Part shown: positions 32,341 through 41,056 of the stretch, one piece after another
How positions within the stretch are numbered: position 1 is the first letter of the stretch
Layout of the letters: every line of letters begins with the position of its first letter
Assembly (NCBI GenBank): GCA_016432365.1
Contig: CP066686.1
Coordinates: forward strand, 938,918 to 1,002,917
DNA length: 64,000 nucleotides
From: Candidatus Woesebacteria bacterium
GTDB taxonomy: Bacteria; Patescibacteriota; Microgenomatia; UBA8517
Reading direction: 5' to 3'
Program-made: the position numbers and the translations under genes
Notes under the pieces: model-generated
What the model saw: the letters and a program-made list of their open reading frames with translations, nothing else
What the model was told of the DNA's origin: nothing
The model's database searches: none

Positions 32341-32691
32341 ATGGCAAACAAAGAGTCACTACTTGGAGCGCTTTTAACCGAAGAGGTCCAAGGAATTTCC
32401 AAAAAATTAAATTTTTGGGGAAAACCGATCGAACTTCCGACGGGACTTAGCTGGACCAGTGAAAGCCATCTTACCTTGGAAAAATTTCTTGAGGCCAATC
32501 CCCTGCCGGCGAACGCGCGGGATATTCCGCTTTACGGTGCCGCTTGGGAATTCGTTTGGGGAAAAGAGACTCCCAAGGAAATAAAAGAGGCCAAAGAAGT
32601 ACTTTTGATACGTGCCAGAACAGGAATGGAAGTGACCGAAGAGGAAAAAATTTGGCTTAAAATAATAGCCGTCGACACCGACATGTTTTGA
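32341..32691 (+). CDS. hypothetical protein (probable start at 32341)
   Basis: ORF; upstream part of the 32227 ORF overlaps the opposite-strand small ORF. Confidence 0.35.
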   Translation: MANKESLLGALLTEEVQGISKKLNFWGKPIELPTGLSWTSESHLTLEKFLEANPLPANARDIPLYGAAWEFVWGKETPKEIKEAKEVLLIRARTGMEVTEEEKIWLKIIAVDTDMF

Positions 32692-32696
32692 GGCTG

Positions 32697-33494
32697 TTAT
32701 TTTTTGACAAGCGTCGAGGACAAACGCCCTTTTCCTAAAATAGCATTCATAAGTCCGCCTGCTTTTGTCCCGTTTACAATTTGAGTTTTAATTCCAATTG
32801 TTTTTGCCAGTTTTAAACTTTCTTCTACTTTGTGTAACATTCCTCCTGTTACATCTACATTCCTTGCTCCCAAAATAGACGACTTTAGTTGATCAAAATT
32901 CTTGCTCGTTATGACCGGAATTGTCTTGCCATTTTCGTCGTATACTCCATCGACATCTGTAACATAAATCATGCGGATTTTGTAATTTTTGATTAATTTT
33001 TTAGCGATGATCGAAAGTATTTTTTCTGTAGAAAAAATAGTACATCCCTGTTTTTTATCCATTATTACATCCCCATATATGACAGGGTGCCCCCCTGTCA
33101 GCAAGAGATGCTCGAGTGGATCAATGTAGGATTTAATGGAAATTAGAGTATCAGAAATTATGAAACTTGCAGGGGAAAATGGAAAAACCGGGAGATTTTC
33201 TTTAATAAACTCTTTAATAACGATTGCGTTTAGTTGTCTTGCGGCGTCCTCCACAATACTCATTCCCATCAAACTTTTGGAATTAATGAGGCCTTTTTTT
33301 GTTTGATATTTTTTAGCGGGAGTATGCGCAAAAGACCCTGCGCCATGACCGATAACAATCGCGCCGGAAAACACTTTTAATGCAGCTTTTATCTCCCCGC
33401 CCAGTCTCTTTATATTCTCGGGCCGTACAGTAAACTCCATGGACTTATCAGTAATAACACTTCCCCCGAGTTTTATTAATATTAGTTCTTTCAT
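32697..33494 (-). CDS. isopentenyl phosphate kinase (amino-acid-kinase family)
   Basis: Strong by-eye match to archaeal IPK motifs: ILIKLGGSVITDK, IVIGHGAGSFAHTPAKKY, PVIYGDVIMDKKQG, YVTDVDGVYD, NVDVTGGMLHKVEE. Confidence 0.8.
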   Translation of the reverse strand: MKELILIKLGGSVITDKSMEFTVRPENIKRLGGEIKAALKVFSGAIVIGHGAGSFAHTPAKKYQTKKGLINSKSLMGMSIVEDAARQLNAIVIKEFIKENLPVFPFSPASFIISDTLISIKSYIDPLEHLLLTGGHPVIYGDVIMDKKQGCTIFSTEKILSIIAKKLIKNYKIRMIYVTDVDGVYDENGKTIPVITSKNFDQLKSSILGARNVDVTGGMLHKVEESLKLAKTIGIKTQIVNGTKAGGLMNAILGKGRLSSTLVKK

Positions 33495-33521
33495 CCCGCT
33501 ATTCTAACAGATTGATATTAG

Positions 33522-34079
33522 GTGGTATACTTTTTGATAGTCTCAATTATGGCCAACACCAAACAAAACAGTTCTTTTACCAAAGAGTTTGAAAGACTTG
33601 CAGCACCATTAACCAAGTTTGTTATTAAAAGAGTCTCAGGAGACTCTGAAGCAGTTGAGGAAGTGTTAAGCTCCACAATGGTAGCCGCCTGGCGGGGATG
33701 GAACACATTTCGACACAAATCAAGCTATTTCACCTGGATTTGTAGAATTGCCTTAAATAAAATCGCTGATTATTACCACGATCAGGTAAACCGCAACTCT
33801 AAAATTGTTGTACCGCTTATAGACGCTTTTAACAACATTGACGACAAATCCCTTTCTCCGGAAGAAACCCTCGCTCTTAACGAACTAAGGAGGTCTGTGA
33901 ATGATTGTTTGAACCTCCTCCCTCCAGAGAAACGACAACTACTGCAGTTCAGATATTGGTATGACCTTTCCTACTCCGAAATAGCCAAAATGCTCGGGCT
34001 AAGCGAACGGGCAGTTGAAGGAAAACTCTACCGGGCGCGTCACGAATTTGCTGAGGTTTGGGGAGGGAAAAATAAATGA
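33522..34079 (+). CDS. ECF-type RNA polymerase sigma factor (sigma-70 regions 2 and 4)
   Basis: Region 2 (FTWICRIALNKIADYYHD) and region 4 HTH (LSYSEIAKMLGLSERAVEGKLYRARHEF). Start may be 33549. Confidence 0.8.
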   Translation: MVYFLIVSIMANTKQNSSFTKEFERLAAPLTKFVIKRVSGDSEAVEEVLSSTMVAAWRGWNTFRHKSSYFTWICRIALNKIADYYHDQVNRNSKIVVPLIDAFNNIDDKSLSPEETLALNELRRSVNDCLNLLPPEKRQLLQFRYWYDLSYSEIAKMLGLSERAVEGKLYRARHEFAEVWGGKNK

Positions 34080-34897
34080 GCGACAAAGGCGAAGTTTTCC
34101 GAGAGGCAGAACAAAAATTCGGACCCAGTCCAAAGATCACCTCCCCTGACGGTTGGATTGCACCCAATGGAGTTTTTTATGCCTGTACTCCGGCCGAGCA
34201 TGACGAGCTTGCGAAGCACCTTTTAAAAAACCATGAAGCAATAATCAAAGAAAGACTAGAAAACAAGATGGTGTATGGAATGGCACACGATATTGAGAAT
34301 TACAACGCCCGTGAGGTTCTAAAAGAAACAGGTTATGCACTTCTATCCGACAACACCCTGACCGAGACCAACACACCCGACAGACTTACCACTAAACAAA
34401 TTGAGCTCGCAGAGAAAAGCAAGATAGTTTTTTCACCAAAAAGCGGCCAACTTTCACCCGAGGCGTATCGAAAATTTAAGACAGGGATCGACGGAATGGA
34501 AGGTGTCGGACAAGTGTTCGGCTTTGAAATGGAACATACCAGCCATGAAAACAGACGAAATGTCGATGCCTTTTTGGCAGATCCGGCCGGTGAACTGAAT
34601 ATTGAAGATGAGTATTCCTTCCCCGAAAAACTTTTCGACTTTCTGTCCAAAGATAATGTAGGGGAACTGAGTGCCAAATCCCGCAAACTGACGGTTAGGT
34701 GGAGACGTTTGGATCTTATACCCGGAGAAAGTACGTTTCTGGAACTCGCCAACCACGACCACACATTAGGCGGTACCTACGAGGACGTCTACCCAGGAGT
34801 CGAGGACTCCATAAAACTGGTCACAGGAGAAGCGATCGGAAAGTTTATCCAAGAACAAAGATTGCTTGTGCATGGAGATATCAAATTGCTCCATTAA
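34076..34897 (+). CDS. hypothetical cytoplasmic protein translationally coupled to the ECF sigma factor (candidate anti-sigma/partner)
   Basis: ATGA overlap with sigma gene stop; no TM segment; no recognised family. Confidence 0.45.
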   Translation: MSDKGEVFREAEQKFGPSPKITSPDGWIAPNGVFYACTPAEHDELAKHLLKNHEAIIKERLENKMVYGMAHDIENYNAREVLKETGYALLSDNTLTETNTPDRLTTKQIELAEKSKIVFSPKSGQLSPEAYRKFKTGIDGMEGVGQVFGFEMEHTSHENRRNVDAFLADPAGELNIEDEYSFPEKLFDFLSKDNVGELSAKSRKLTVRWRRLDLIPGESTFLELANHDHTLGGTYEDVYPGVEDSIKLVTGEAIGKFIQEQRLLVHGDIKLLH

Positions 34898-35466
34898 TCG
34901 GTATGGCCGTTTGAATATCCGTCCCTGGTTTGTTTATAAACCATAAGTTCCCCGTGTGTCATTATTTGAACTTCACCAATGTCTAAGAGACTTGAGCCAC
35001 TCCTTTGAAAAACAAAGTTTATATGCAATGCTGAATAAATCGGGCTCATGTGAGGATTTGATTTCTCAATATGACTTGCTCGAACTTCCGGGTTTCTGTA
35101 ATCTCTAATGCTGGGTTTTCCTCCCGGAAATTCTTTTGGCGTTAGTGGGTAAGCAGATTGGATAAGACGAGACAGCCATCCCCTATCTTCCACTTCGGTT
35201 ATAAACCTAACTCCATATATGTCACGTTCGGGTTCTGTCGAATCTCTCCTCTTGATCTTGTCCTCAATCCTGGCAATTCTTTTTGTTCTATATCCACTCT
35301 CTTCCCAATCGACTTCCACTCCATTAAAAATCAGGAAAAATGATAAACCTGTGAATATTGATTTAGATATCTTTTCCCTTATTTCAATACCCGGAAGATT
35401 GTTTTTTTGCTCATAAACGTCCTCGGGTAGTCTAATAATCGTATTAAGACTTCTTTCTATGCTCAT
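34894..35466 (-). CDS. RelA/SpoT-domain protein (small alarmone synthetase-like nucleotidyltransferase)
   Basis: Synthetase-domain motifs in order: DIYGVRFI (DxxGxR), YSALHINF (YRSxH-like), EVQIMTHGE (EIQIRT-like). Confidence 0.5.
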   Translation of the reverse strand: MSIERSLNTIIRLPEDVYEQKNNLPGIEIREKISKSIFTGLSFFLIFNGVEVDWEESGYRTKRIARIEDKIKRRDSTEPERDIYGVRFITEVEDRGWLSRLIQSAYPLTPKEFPGGKPSIRDYRNPEVRASHIEKSNPHMSPIYSALHINFVFQRSGSSLLDIGEVQIMTHGELMVYKQTRDGYSNGHTD

Positions 35467-35512
35467 CGGAAGAAAATCTTAGCACGAACAAACGCACTTA
35501 CAAGACCGGAAT

Positions 35513-36313
35513 TTAGAGGTGTGTCAGTTTATACCAAAAAATTTTGATGGGGAAAATTGGAAAAGCATTAAAAATACGTTTGAACCGATTGGGTTCTTTG
35601 ATGAGCCTCCACAACCACTCAAGGCCTGCTTTTTCCATCCATTTTGGAGGTAATTTAGAAAAACCGGCAACATAGCGAAAAGTTCCACCAACTGCCATCG
35701 CCCCGCCTATTTTAAGTTTGGATAAGTTTTTATGTATCCAAATCTCTTGTTTTGGATTTCCAAAGGCAACAAAAAGGAGAACAGGCCTAAACTTATTTAT
35801 CTGGGCAATAACATCAAACTGTATCTTAATATCAACTTTGGTATCAGGTTCCCCATTTTGATTCAATTTTGGCCCCCCTACAGTTTCAATTTTTAATTTT
35901 GAATTTTTAATTTTGAATTTTGAAGCTGCCAAAGCAGCTTCATCCCCCAACCCGCCAAGGAGAAATACCTTCCAATGCTTTTTCGCAGCGAGTTGAACAA
36001 GCTCTTCGAAAAATTTTCTGCCCGGAATTATGTTCAGATTATCCCCCGAGAGGAATTTTGATGCATAGGCAAGCCCGACTCCGTCCGGAACCGGGTAATC
36101 TGCCGAATTGAGGGCTATTGCAAGCTCTTTATTCTTCTGTGCCATTAAAACAAGCTCGGGGTTAGGTGTGACAATATAAAATTTTTTATTACAGGATATA
36201 TTTTCTTCCACTCCTGTTAGCAGTGAGTTAATGGAACTGCTAAGTACATTAATTCCGAGGATTTGTCCGTATTTTTGACTTTTTTTGTCTCTTTTTACTC
36301 TGATTTTATTCAT
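35513..36313 (-). CDS. WecB/TagA/CpsF-family glycosyltransferase
   Basis: GVGLAYASKFL...KVFLLGG...FRPVLLFVAFGNPKQEIWI motifs; contains in-frame repeat-derived insert KFKIKNSKLKIE. Confidence 0.8.
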   Translation of the reverse strand: MNKIRVKRDKKSQKYGQILGINVLSSSINSLLTGVEENISCNKKFYIVTPNPELVLMAQKNKELAIALNSADYPVPDGVGLAYASKFLSGDNLNIIPGRKFFEELVQLAAKKHWKVFLLGGLGDEAALAASKFKIKNSKLKIETVGGPKLNQNGEPDTKVDIKIQFDVIAQINKFRPVLLFVAFGNPKQEIWIHKNLSKLKIGGAMAVGGTFRYVAGFSKLPPKWMEKAGLEWLWRLIKEPNRFKRIFNAFPIFPIKIFWYKLTHL

Positions 36314-36742
36314 AAGCTTTTAACTTTTAACTTATAACTTTTAACTTTTCGTACATTAGCCTCATATTTTCCGCAAACAATTATACCCTATACTATAATT
36401 GGAATCTTGTTTATAGTATGTTGTATGTAGGGATAAATGGAACTATACTAAAGGTCTTAAATACTAACTTTACTATCCTCTTAAACAAACAATATTGAAC
36501 AAGTTTTTACATCTTTTTTTAAATACCCTTTTTAATAGTTATCCTCAAACAGTCCTCAACTCGATTGACATTTTTTGGCTCATACTATAAGTATTTATTT
36601 TAGAACGATATTGCTTATCTATCCCACCTTTCTGTTTAGATCAATAAGTGCAATCTGTATAAAAACAGCCAACCTATAACTTCGTAATGTTCGGATTATT
36701 CCCTGTACCCTATAGCGCAGCTGGGATTCATACTATTATGTG

Positions 36743-37750
36743 TTAACCTTTTGTGCTTACGCTTCTTTTCCAAAGTTCAATATTTTCAAGAACCAAACCC
36801 GTTCCCCTTACCACGCACAAGAGTGATTCATCAGCTACGTGAGCAGGAACTCCGGTTTCTTGTGTCATCAGCTTGTCAAAATTCCTAAGGAGCGACGTCC
36901 CACCGCTCATAACGATTCCCTTATCTATTATATCTGCGGCAAGTTCAGGAGGCGTATCTTCAAGAACAGCCTTAACCCCACCCACAATTTGCATTAAAAC
37001 AGGGTTTATGGCCTCACTAACCTCGGAAGAAGTTATAATTACGCTTCTGGGAAGCCCAAAAACCAGATCTCGACCGGATATCTCAAGTTTTTCCTCCTTG
37101 GCCAGGGGTATGGCCGAACCAATTTTCAATTTAATATCCTCAGAAGTTTGATCCCCAATTATTAGATTGTGTTTCTTTTTTAAATAATTTTGTATAGCCT
37201 CATCGATCTTGTTCCCCGCTACCCTGACAGACTTATGCGTAACAACTCCCCCTAAAGAAATTACGGCCGCCTCGGTAGAGCCTCCGCCAATATCTACAAT
37301 CATATGCCCGGAGGGAGCCGATACCGGTATTCCTGCACCGATTGCGGCTGCTAACGGCTCATCAATTAAATAGGCATGGGAGGCACCTGCAGACAGAGTC
37401 GCATCCAAGGCCGCACGCCGTTCCACCTGGGTACAGCCTGCAGGTACACAAACCATTACATTTGGCTTAAAAAATTGAAACTTTCCGACCACTTTGCCTA
37501 TAAAGTACTTAAGCATAGCTTCTGTTATCTGATAATCCGCTATTACCCCATCCCTCATAGGACGGCTGGCGATTAGCGCTTCGGGGGTTCTACCCAACAT
37601 CTTTTTTGCTTCTTCCCCAACAGCCACCACTTTATTGTCATCGGCGGAAATAGCTACAACTGTAGGCTCATTAACGATTAAGCCTTCCCCGGCCAACCAA
37701 ACCAAAGTATTGGCTGTACCTAAGTCGATTGCAATGTTTTTACGAGGCAT
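36743..37750 (-). CDS. mreB: rod-shape determining protein MreB
   Basis: Actin-fold motifs (IAIDLGTANTLV, DIGGGSTEAAV, GIVMSGGTSLL). Confidence 0.9.
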   Translation of the reverse strand: MPRKNIAIDLGTANTLVWLAGEGLIVNEPTVVAISADDNKVVAVGEEAKKMLGRTPEALIASRPMRDGVIADYQITEAMLKYFIGKVVGKFQFFKPNVMVCVPAGCTQVERRAALDATLSAGASHAYLIDEPLAAAIGAGIPVSAPSGHMIVDIGGGSTEAAVISLGGVVTHKSVRVAGNKIDEAIQNYLKKKHNLIIGDQTSEDIKLKIGSAIPLAKEEKLEISGRDLVFGLPRSVIITSSEVSEAINPVLMQIVGGVKAVLEDTPPELAADIIDKGIVMSGGTSLLRNFDKLMTQETGVPAHVADESLLCVVRGTGLVLENIELWKRSVSTKG

Positions 37751-37878
37751 AATTCCAGAGAAAAACTAAAAAGGAAAAGCGAAAAAGTTTTTCACTCTTC
37801 ACTTTTAGCTATTAGCTTCCTGACCTGCATTATATCAGAATTCAAAGATATCATTGGGAGTCTGATATAATATGAGCC

Positions 37879-39072
37879 ATGACTAAAGTCCGAATTTTTG
37901 TATTTCTGTCTACCCTATTTATAGTCGGTTTTTTTGGCATTTTTGTTTCCTTTTACGCCAGAGGCTACCGTCTTAATTTTAAAACCCTCAAATTTGAACC
38001 TAACGGGATCCTTGTAATTAAATCCGAGCCTGACGGAGCCTCGGTTTACATTAACAAAGAGTTAAAGGGTGCAACAAACACATCCCTTTCACTTGCACCC
38101 GGCAATTACGATATTGAGGTCAAAAAAGACGGTTTCTTTCCCTGGTCCAAAAGACTTTCAATAGATAAGGAAATTGTTACAAATGTGACTATTTCACTAT
38201 TTAAAAATGTCCCATCTCTCTCCCCAATCACTTTTTCAGGTGCGACTAACCCGGCAGTATCTCAAGACGGCACAAAAATAGCTTTCCTGGTCCCGGCCTC
38301 AAAAGACCCAGGGAACGACAAGGAAGGCCTCTGGAGCCTGGATACATTTAATTTTCCGCTTGGATTTTCCAGCGACCCCAAAAGGATCACCGACGGCGAC
38401 CTGACAGGCTCAACATATGTATTTTCACCCGATTCCAGACAGATTCTATTAACTACATCTAACGGTATCTTTCTACTCGATTCCGGATCTTTTGTTTCTC
38501 AGTCCCAAAGAATCAACATCGCCTCAAGGGTTCCCTCAATACTGGCTCAGTGGGAAAACGAAAAGAAAATCAAAAATGAAAGTTTAATTAGGAACTTACC
38601 TCCTGACGTTGCTGACATTTTAACCAGAAAAAGTGAGACTTTTACCTTCTCTCCAGACGAAACGATGATACTTTATACTGCAAGTACTTCCGGAATATTG
38701 CCCAACAATCTAATTGCTCAGCTTCCCGGCTCCTCCACCCAGAAACAAGAAAGAAGTGTTAACGCGGGCTCAACTTACGTTTACGATATCAAAGAAGACA
38801 GGAATTTCTTAATTACTGATGAGGTGGTTGTCTTAGGCGAGATACCAAGTTATTCCTTACGTTGGATGCCTTCAAGCAAACATATACTTCTGGCCCAACC
38901 AAACCAAGTGGTAATTATGGATTACGATGGCACAAATAGACAGGTCATCTACTCCGGAAGCTATTTTGCACCTTTTGCCTTTCCATATAGGAATTCTACA
39001 AAGCTACTTATTCTCACCAATCTTGGAGCCGCTTCCCTTGTCCCCAACCTTTACACCCTAACGGTTAAGTAG
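37879..39072 (+). CDS. PEGA-domain membrane-anchored protein
   Basis: N-terminal TM then PEGA-like segment (PDGASVYINKELKGATNTSLSLAPGNYDIEVKKDGFFPW). Confidence 0.5.
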   Translation: MTKVRIFVFLSTLFIVGFFGIFVSFYARGYRLNFKTLKFEPNGILVIKSEPDGASVYINKELKGATNTSLSLAPGNYDIEVKKDGFFPWSKRLSIDKEIVTNVTISLFKNVPSLSPITFSGATNPAVSQDGTKIAFLVPASKDPGNDKEGLWSLDTFNFPLGFSSDPKRITDGDLTGSTYVFSPDSRQILLTTSNGIFLLDSGSFVSQSQRINIASRVPSILAQWENEKKIKNESLIRNLPPDVADILTRKSETFTFSPDETMILYTASTSGILPNNLIAQLPGSSTQKQERSVNAGSTYVYDIKEDRNFLITDEVVVLGEIPSYSLRWMPSSKHILLAQPNQVVIMDYDGTNRQVIYSGSYFAPFAFPYRNSTKLLILTNLGAASLVPNLYTLTVK

Positions 39073-39099
39073 CCTCCATGATATAATTTGCAAGTTCAA

Positions 39100-39121
39100 G
39101 CCCTCGTAGCTCAACGGATAG
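39100..39121 (+). pseudogene. 22-nt exact duplicate of the 5' end of tRNA-Arg (truncated tRNA remnant)
   Basis: gccctcgtagctcaacggatag occurs at 39100-39121 and again as the start of tRNA-Arg at 39161; no matching 3' acceptor strand follows the first copy. Confidence 0.45.
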
Positions 39122-39160
39122 GGATAACCCTTCGGTTGGCTACTCAGGCACAATAGAAAA

Positions 39161-39232
39161 GCCCTCGTAGCTCAACGGATAGAGCAGACCCGTCCTAAGG
39201 GTAAGATGGAGGTTCAATTCCCTCCGAGGGCA
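39161..39232 (+). tRNA. tRNA-Arg (anticodon CCT)
   Basis: Cloverleaf by hand: acceptor GCCCTCG/CGAGGGC, D-arm GCTC-AACGGATA-GAGC, anticodon loop GT-CCT-AA, T-arm GGAGGTTCAATTCC(C)TC. TATAAT at ~39081 upstream. Confidence 0.75.
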
Positions 39233-39233
39233 C

Positions 39234-39305
39234 CGGGGTGTAGTGAATCGGTATCACGTTACGTTCGGGACGTAAAGACACTGGGTTCAATTCCCAGCAC
39301 CCCGA
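39234..39305 (+). tRNA. tRNA-Pro (anticodon CGG)
   Basis: Acceptor CGGGGTG/CACCCCG, D-arm GTGA-ATCGGTA-TCAC, anticodon stem TTACG/CGTAA with loop TT-CGG-GA, T-arm CTGGG-TTCAATT-CCCAG; 1-nt spacer from tRNA-Arg. Confidence 0.75.
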
Positions 39306-39327
39306 CAAAAAGTTGTAATATTAGTTT

Positions 39328-39885
39328 ATGCCCCAAACCAAAGCTGGTTACGAGTATCTTCTTGCTTACAAAATCACTGTTCCTATTTACGATTACACCG
39401 TTGAATTCTGTAAAAAATGGATCAACTACCATTCAAGAACTAAAGATCAAATGGAACAGGCCGCCAGAAGCGGCATGCAAAATATTTTAGAGGGTAGTAA
39501 AGAAGAAAGTTTAAAAAGCTATATAAAGCTTGCAGGGGTAGCTCGGGCATCACTTGAGGAACTTTTAAATGATTATTTATCCTACGCCAGACAAAACAAA
39601 ATAGACATTTGGGACGGGTACAAATCTAAAAGGGAGATAAGGGAGATTGGATTGATATGGGAAATAATAAAAAAGACGCCTGTTTTACCTATTCACCCCG
39701 ATTTCCCCAATCTCCCCAATCACCCTGAAATGGCTGTTAACCTAATGGTAACCATAATAAACCAAGCAAATTATTTAATTGATAAACTAATACTTTCTTT
39801 GAAGGAAAAACATATGAAAGAAGGCGGCCTTACAGAGGAACTATATAGAAAAAGAGTTGAATATCGCAAAAAGCACTCAATTTAG
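39328..39885 (+). CDS. four-helix-bundle protein (23S rRNA intervening-sequence protein family)
   Basis: YEYLLAYKITVPIYDYTVEFCKK...ARASLEELLNDY resembles the pfam05635/TIGR02436 family. Confidence 0.5.
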   Translation: MPQTKAGYEYLLAYKITVPIYDYTVEFCKKWINYHSRTKDQMEQAARSGMQNILEGSKEESLKSYIKLAGVARASLEELLNDYLSYARQNKIDIWDGYKSKREIREIGLIWEIIKKTPVLPIHPDFPNLPNHPEMAVNLMVTIINQANYLIDKLILSLKEKHMKEGGLTEELYRKRVEYRKKHSI

Positions 39886-39900
39886 TGTAAAATCCATAAA

Positions 39901-40887
39901 ATGCTAGCCAAGCTTAAACAAAAAATTATCGATAGGACTTCCGGTAAACGCAAAAACGAGACTTCTCCCGAGATCTTCGATGAGTTTAAGTTAAAAACCG
40001 GCAAAAAGAATCAGCTTTTTACTTTTTTTAAACCCGAAGTGTTTTTGAAAAAGACTCCGGATCAGATCGAAAAAATATTAGACTTGGTATTTAAAAAACT
40101 TGAGGAATATGAAGTAAGCGTTGACGGAGCCGCCCTTTTCCCGGGAGCGGCTATAGGCAAATACACAATAATGGATAAGCACTACGGCGTAATTAATACC
40201 CTATCTAAAAATGCCTCCAAAATTCTTAGTAAAGACGAACGTGACTTGGTCTTGAAAACTCTCGGTATAACAAACCCAAATACAAAGATATTGGGCGGGC
40301 ACGAAGCATATGAAATTTCCGGCTTCGGCAAAACTTACGATTTCGACACTTATTGGTTGGAGGCCCCCTCAACAAAAATTAAAAGTGGGTTCTATGTTAG
40401 AAAAATGAAAATTGGAGACGACGAAACTGTTGTCGTAAATGGATTCCATCCCCATCAACTCGCCCACTATACAGAACCGGACAGATTTGTGGGAGCGATG
40501 TTAGTCTCTTCCGATCGTGATTGGTCGGTACTCAGAACCGAGATGTTGGGCGAAACCTTTCCGGATAAAGCTGTACCGGGTTCGATTCGCGGAATGCTAT
40601 ACAAAGATGCAAAAACATATGGATTTGAGACAGTAACGATTGCCAATAACGCTCTACACCTTTCAGCAGGCCCAACCGAAGCGCTATTCGAAATTGACAA
40701 CTTTCTGAACAAGCCATTTGGGATTGATTTTATAAAAGAAGAGGCAAATTTAAGTGCCAAACTTCAAAAAGAAGGTGTTAGTGAAGAAAATATAAGAAAG
40801 ATTATCAACGACAAGGAGATACATTCTCTCTTGGAACATAAAAATACCAGCGAAGCAATTGAACTCATTAAGTCAAAGTTGATATAA
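39901..40887 (+). CDS. divergent, enlarged nucleoside-diphosphate-kinase-like protein
   Basis: N-terminal (QLFTFFKPEVF) and C-terminal (PGSIRGMLY...IANNALHLSAGPTEALFEIDNF) segments parallel NDK (ERTFIMIKPD; PGTIRGDF...N.IHGSDS...A.RE); 328 aa vs ~140 typical. Confidence 0.4.
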   Translation: MLAKLKQKIIDRTSGKRKNETSPEIFDEFKLKTGKKNQLFTFFKPEVFLKKTPDQIEKILDLVFKKLEEYEVSVDGAALFPGAAIGKYTIMDKHYGVINTLSKNASKILSKDERDLVLKTLGITNPNTKILGGHEAYEISGFGKTYDFDTYWLEAPSTKIKSGFYVRKMKIGDDETVVVNGFHPHQLAHYTEPDRFVGAMLVSSDRDWSVLRTEMLGETFPDKAVPGSIRGMLYKDAKTYGFETVTIANNALHLSAGPTEALFEIDNFLNKPFGIDFIKEEANLSAKLQKEGVSEENIRKIINDKEIHSLLEHKNTSEAIELIKSKLI

Positions 40888-41056
40888 AAAGATATATAAA
40901 TAGAGGTTCTGTTTGTAAGTAAAGAAGGTACTCAAACTATATCAACAACTTCTTATCCCCCTTCGCGAAATACCCCGAGCGTTAGCTCGCGGATGGAAGC
41001 GAAGAGTTTCGCTTCGGAGGGATTCCGCTCCCGACGAAGCTTGGGAGAAGATACCC

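Noticed and set aside
39206-39490. 94-aa ORF spanning the tRNA genes
   Set aside because: Overlaps two well-folded tRNAs; not coding.
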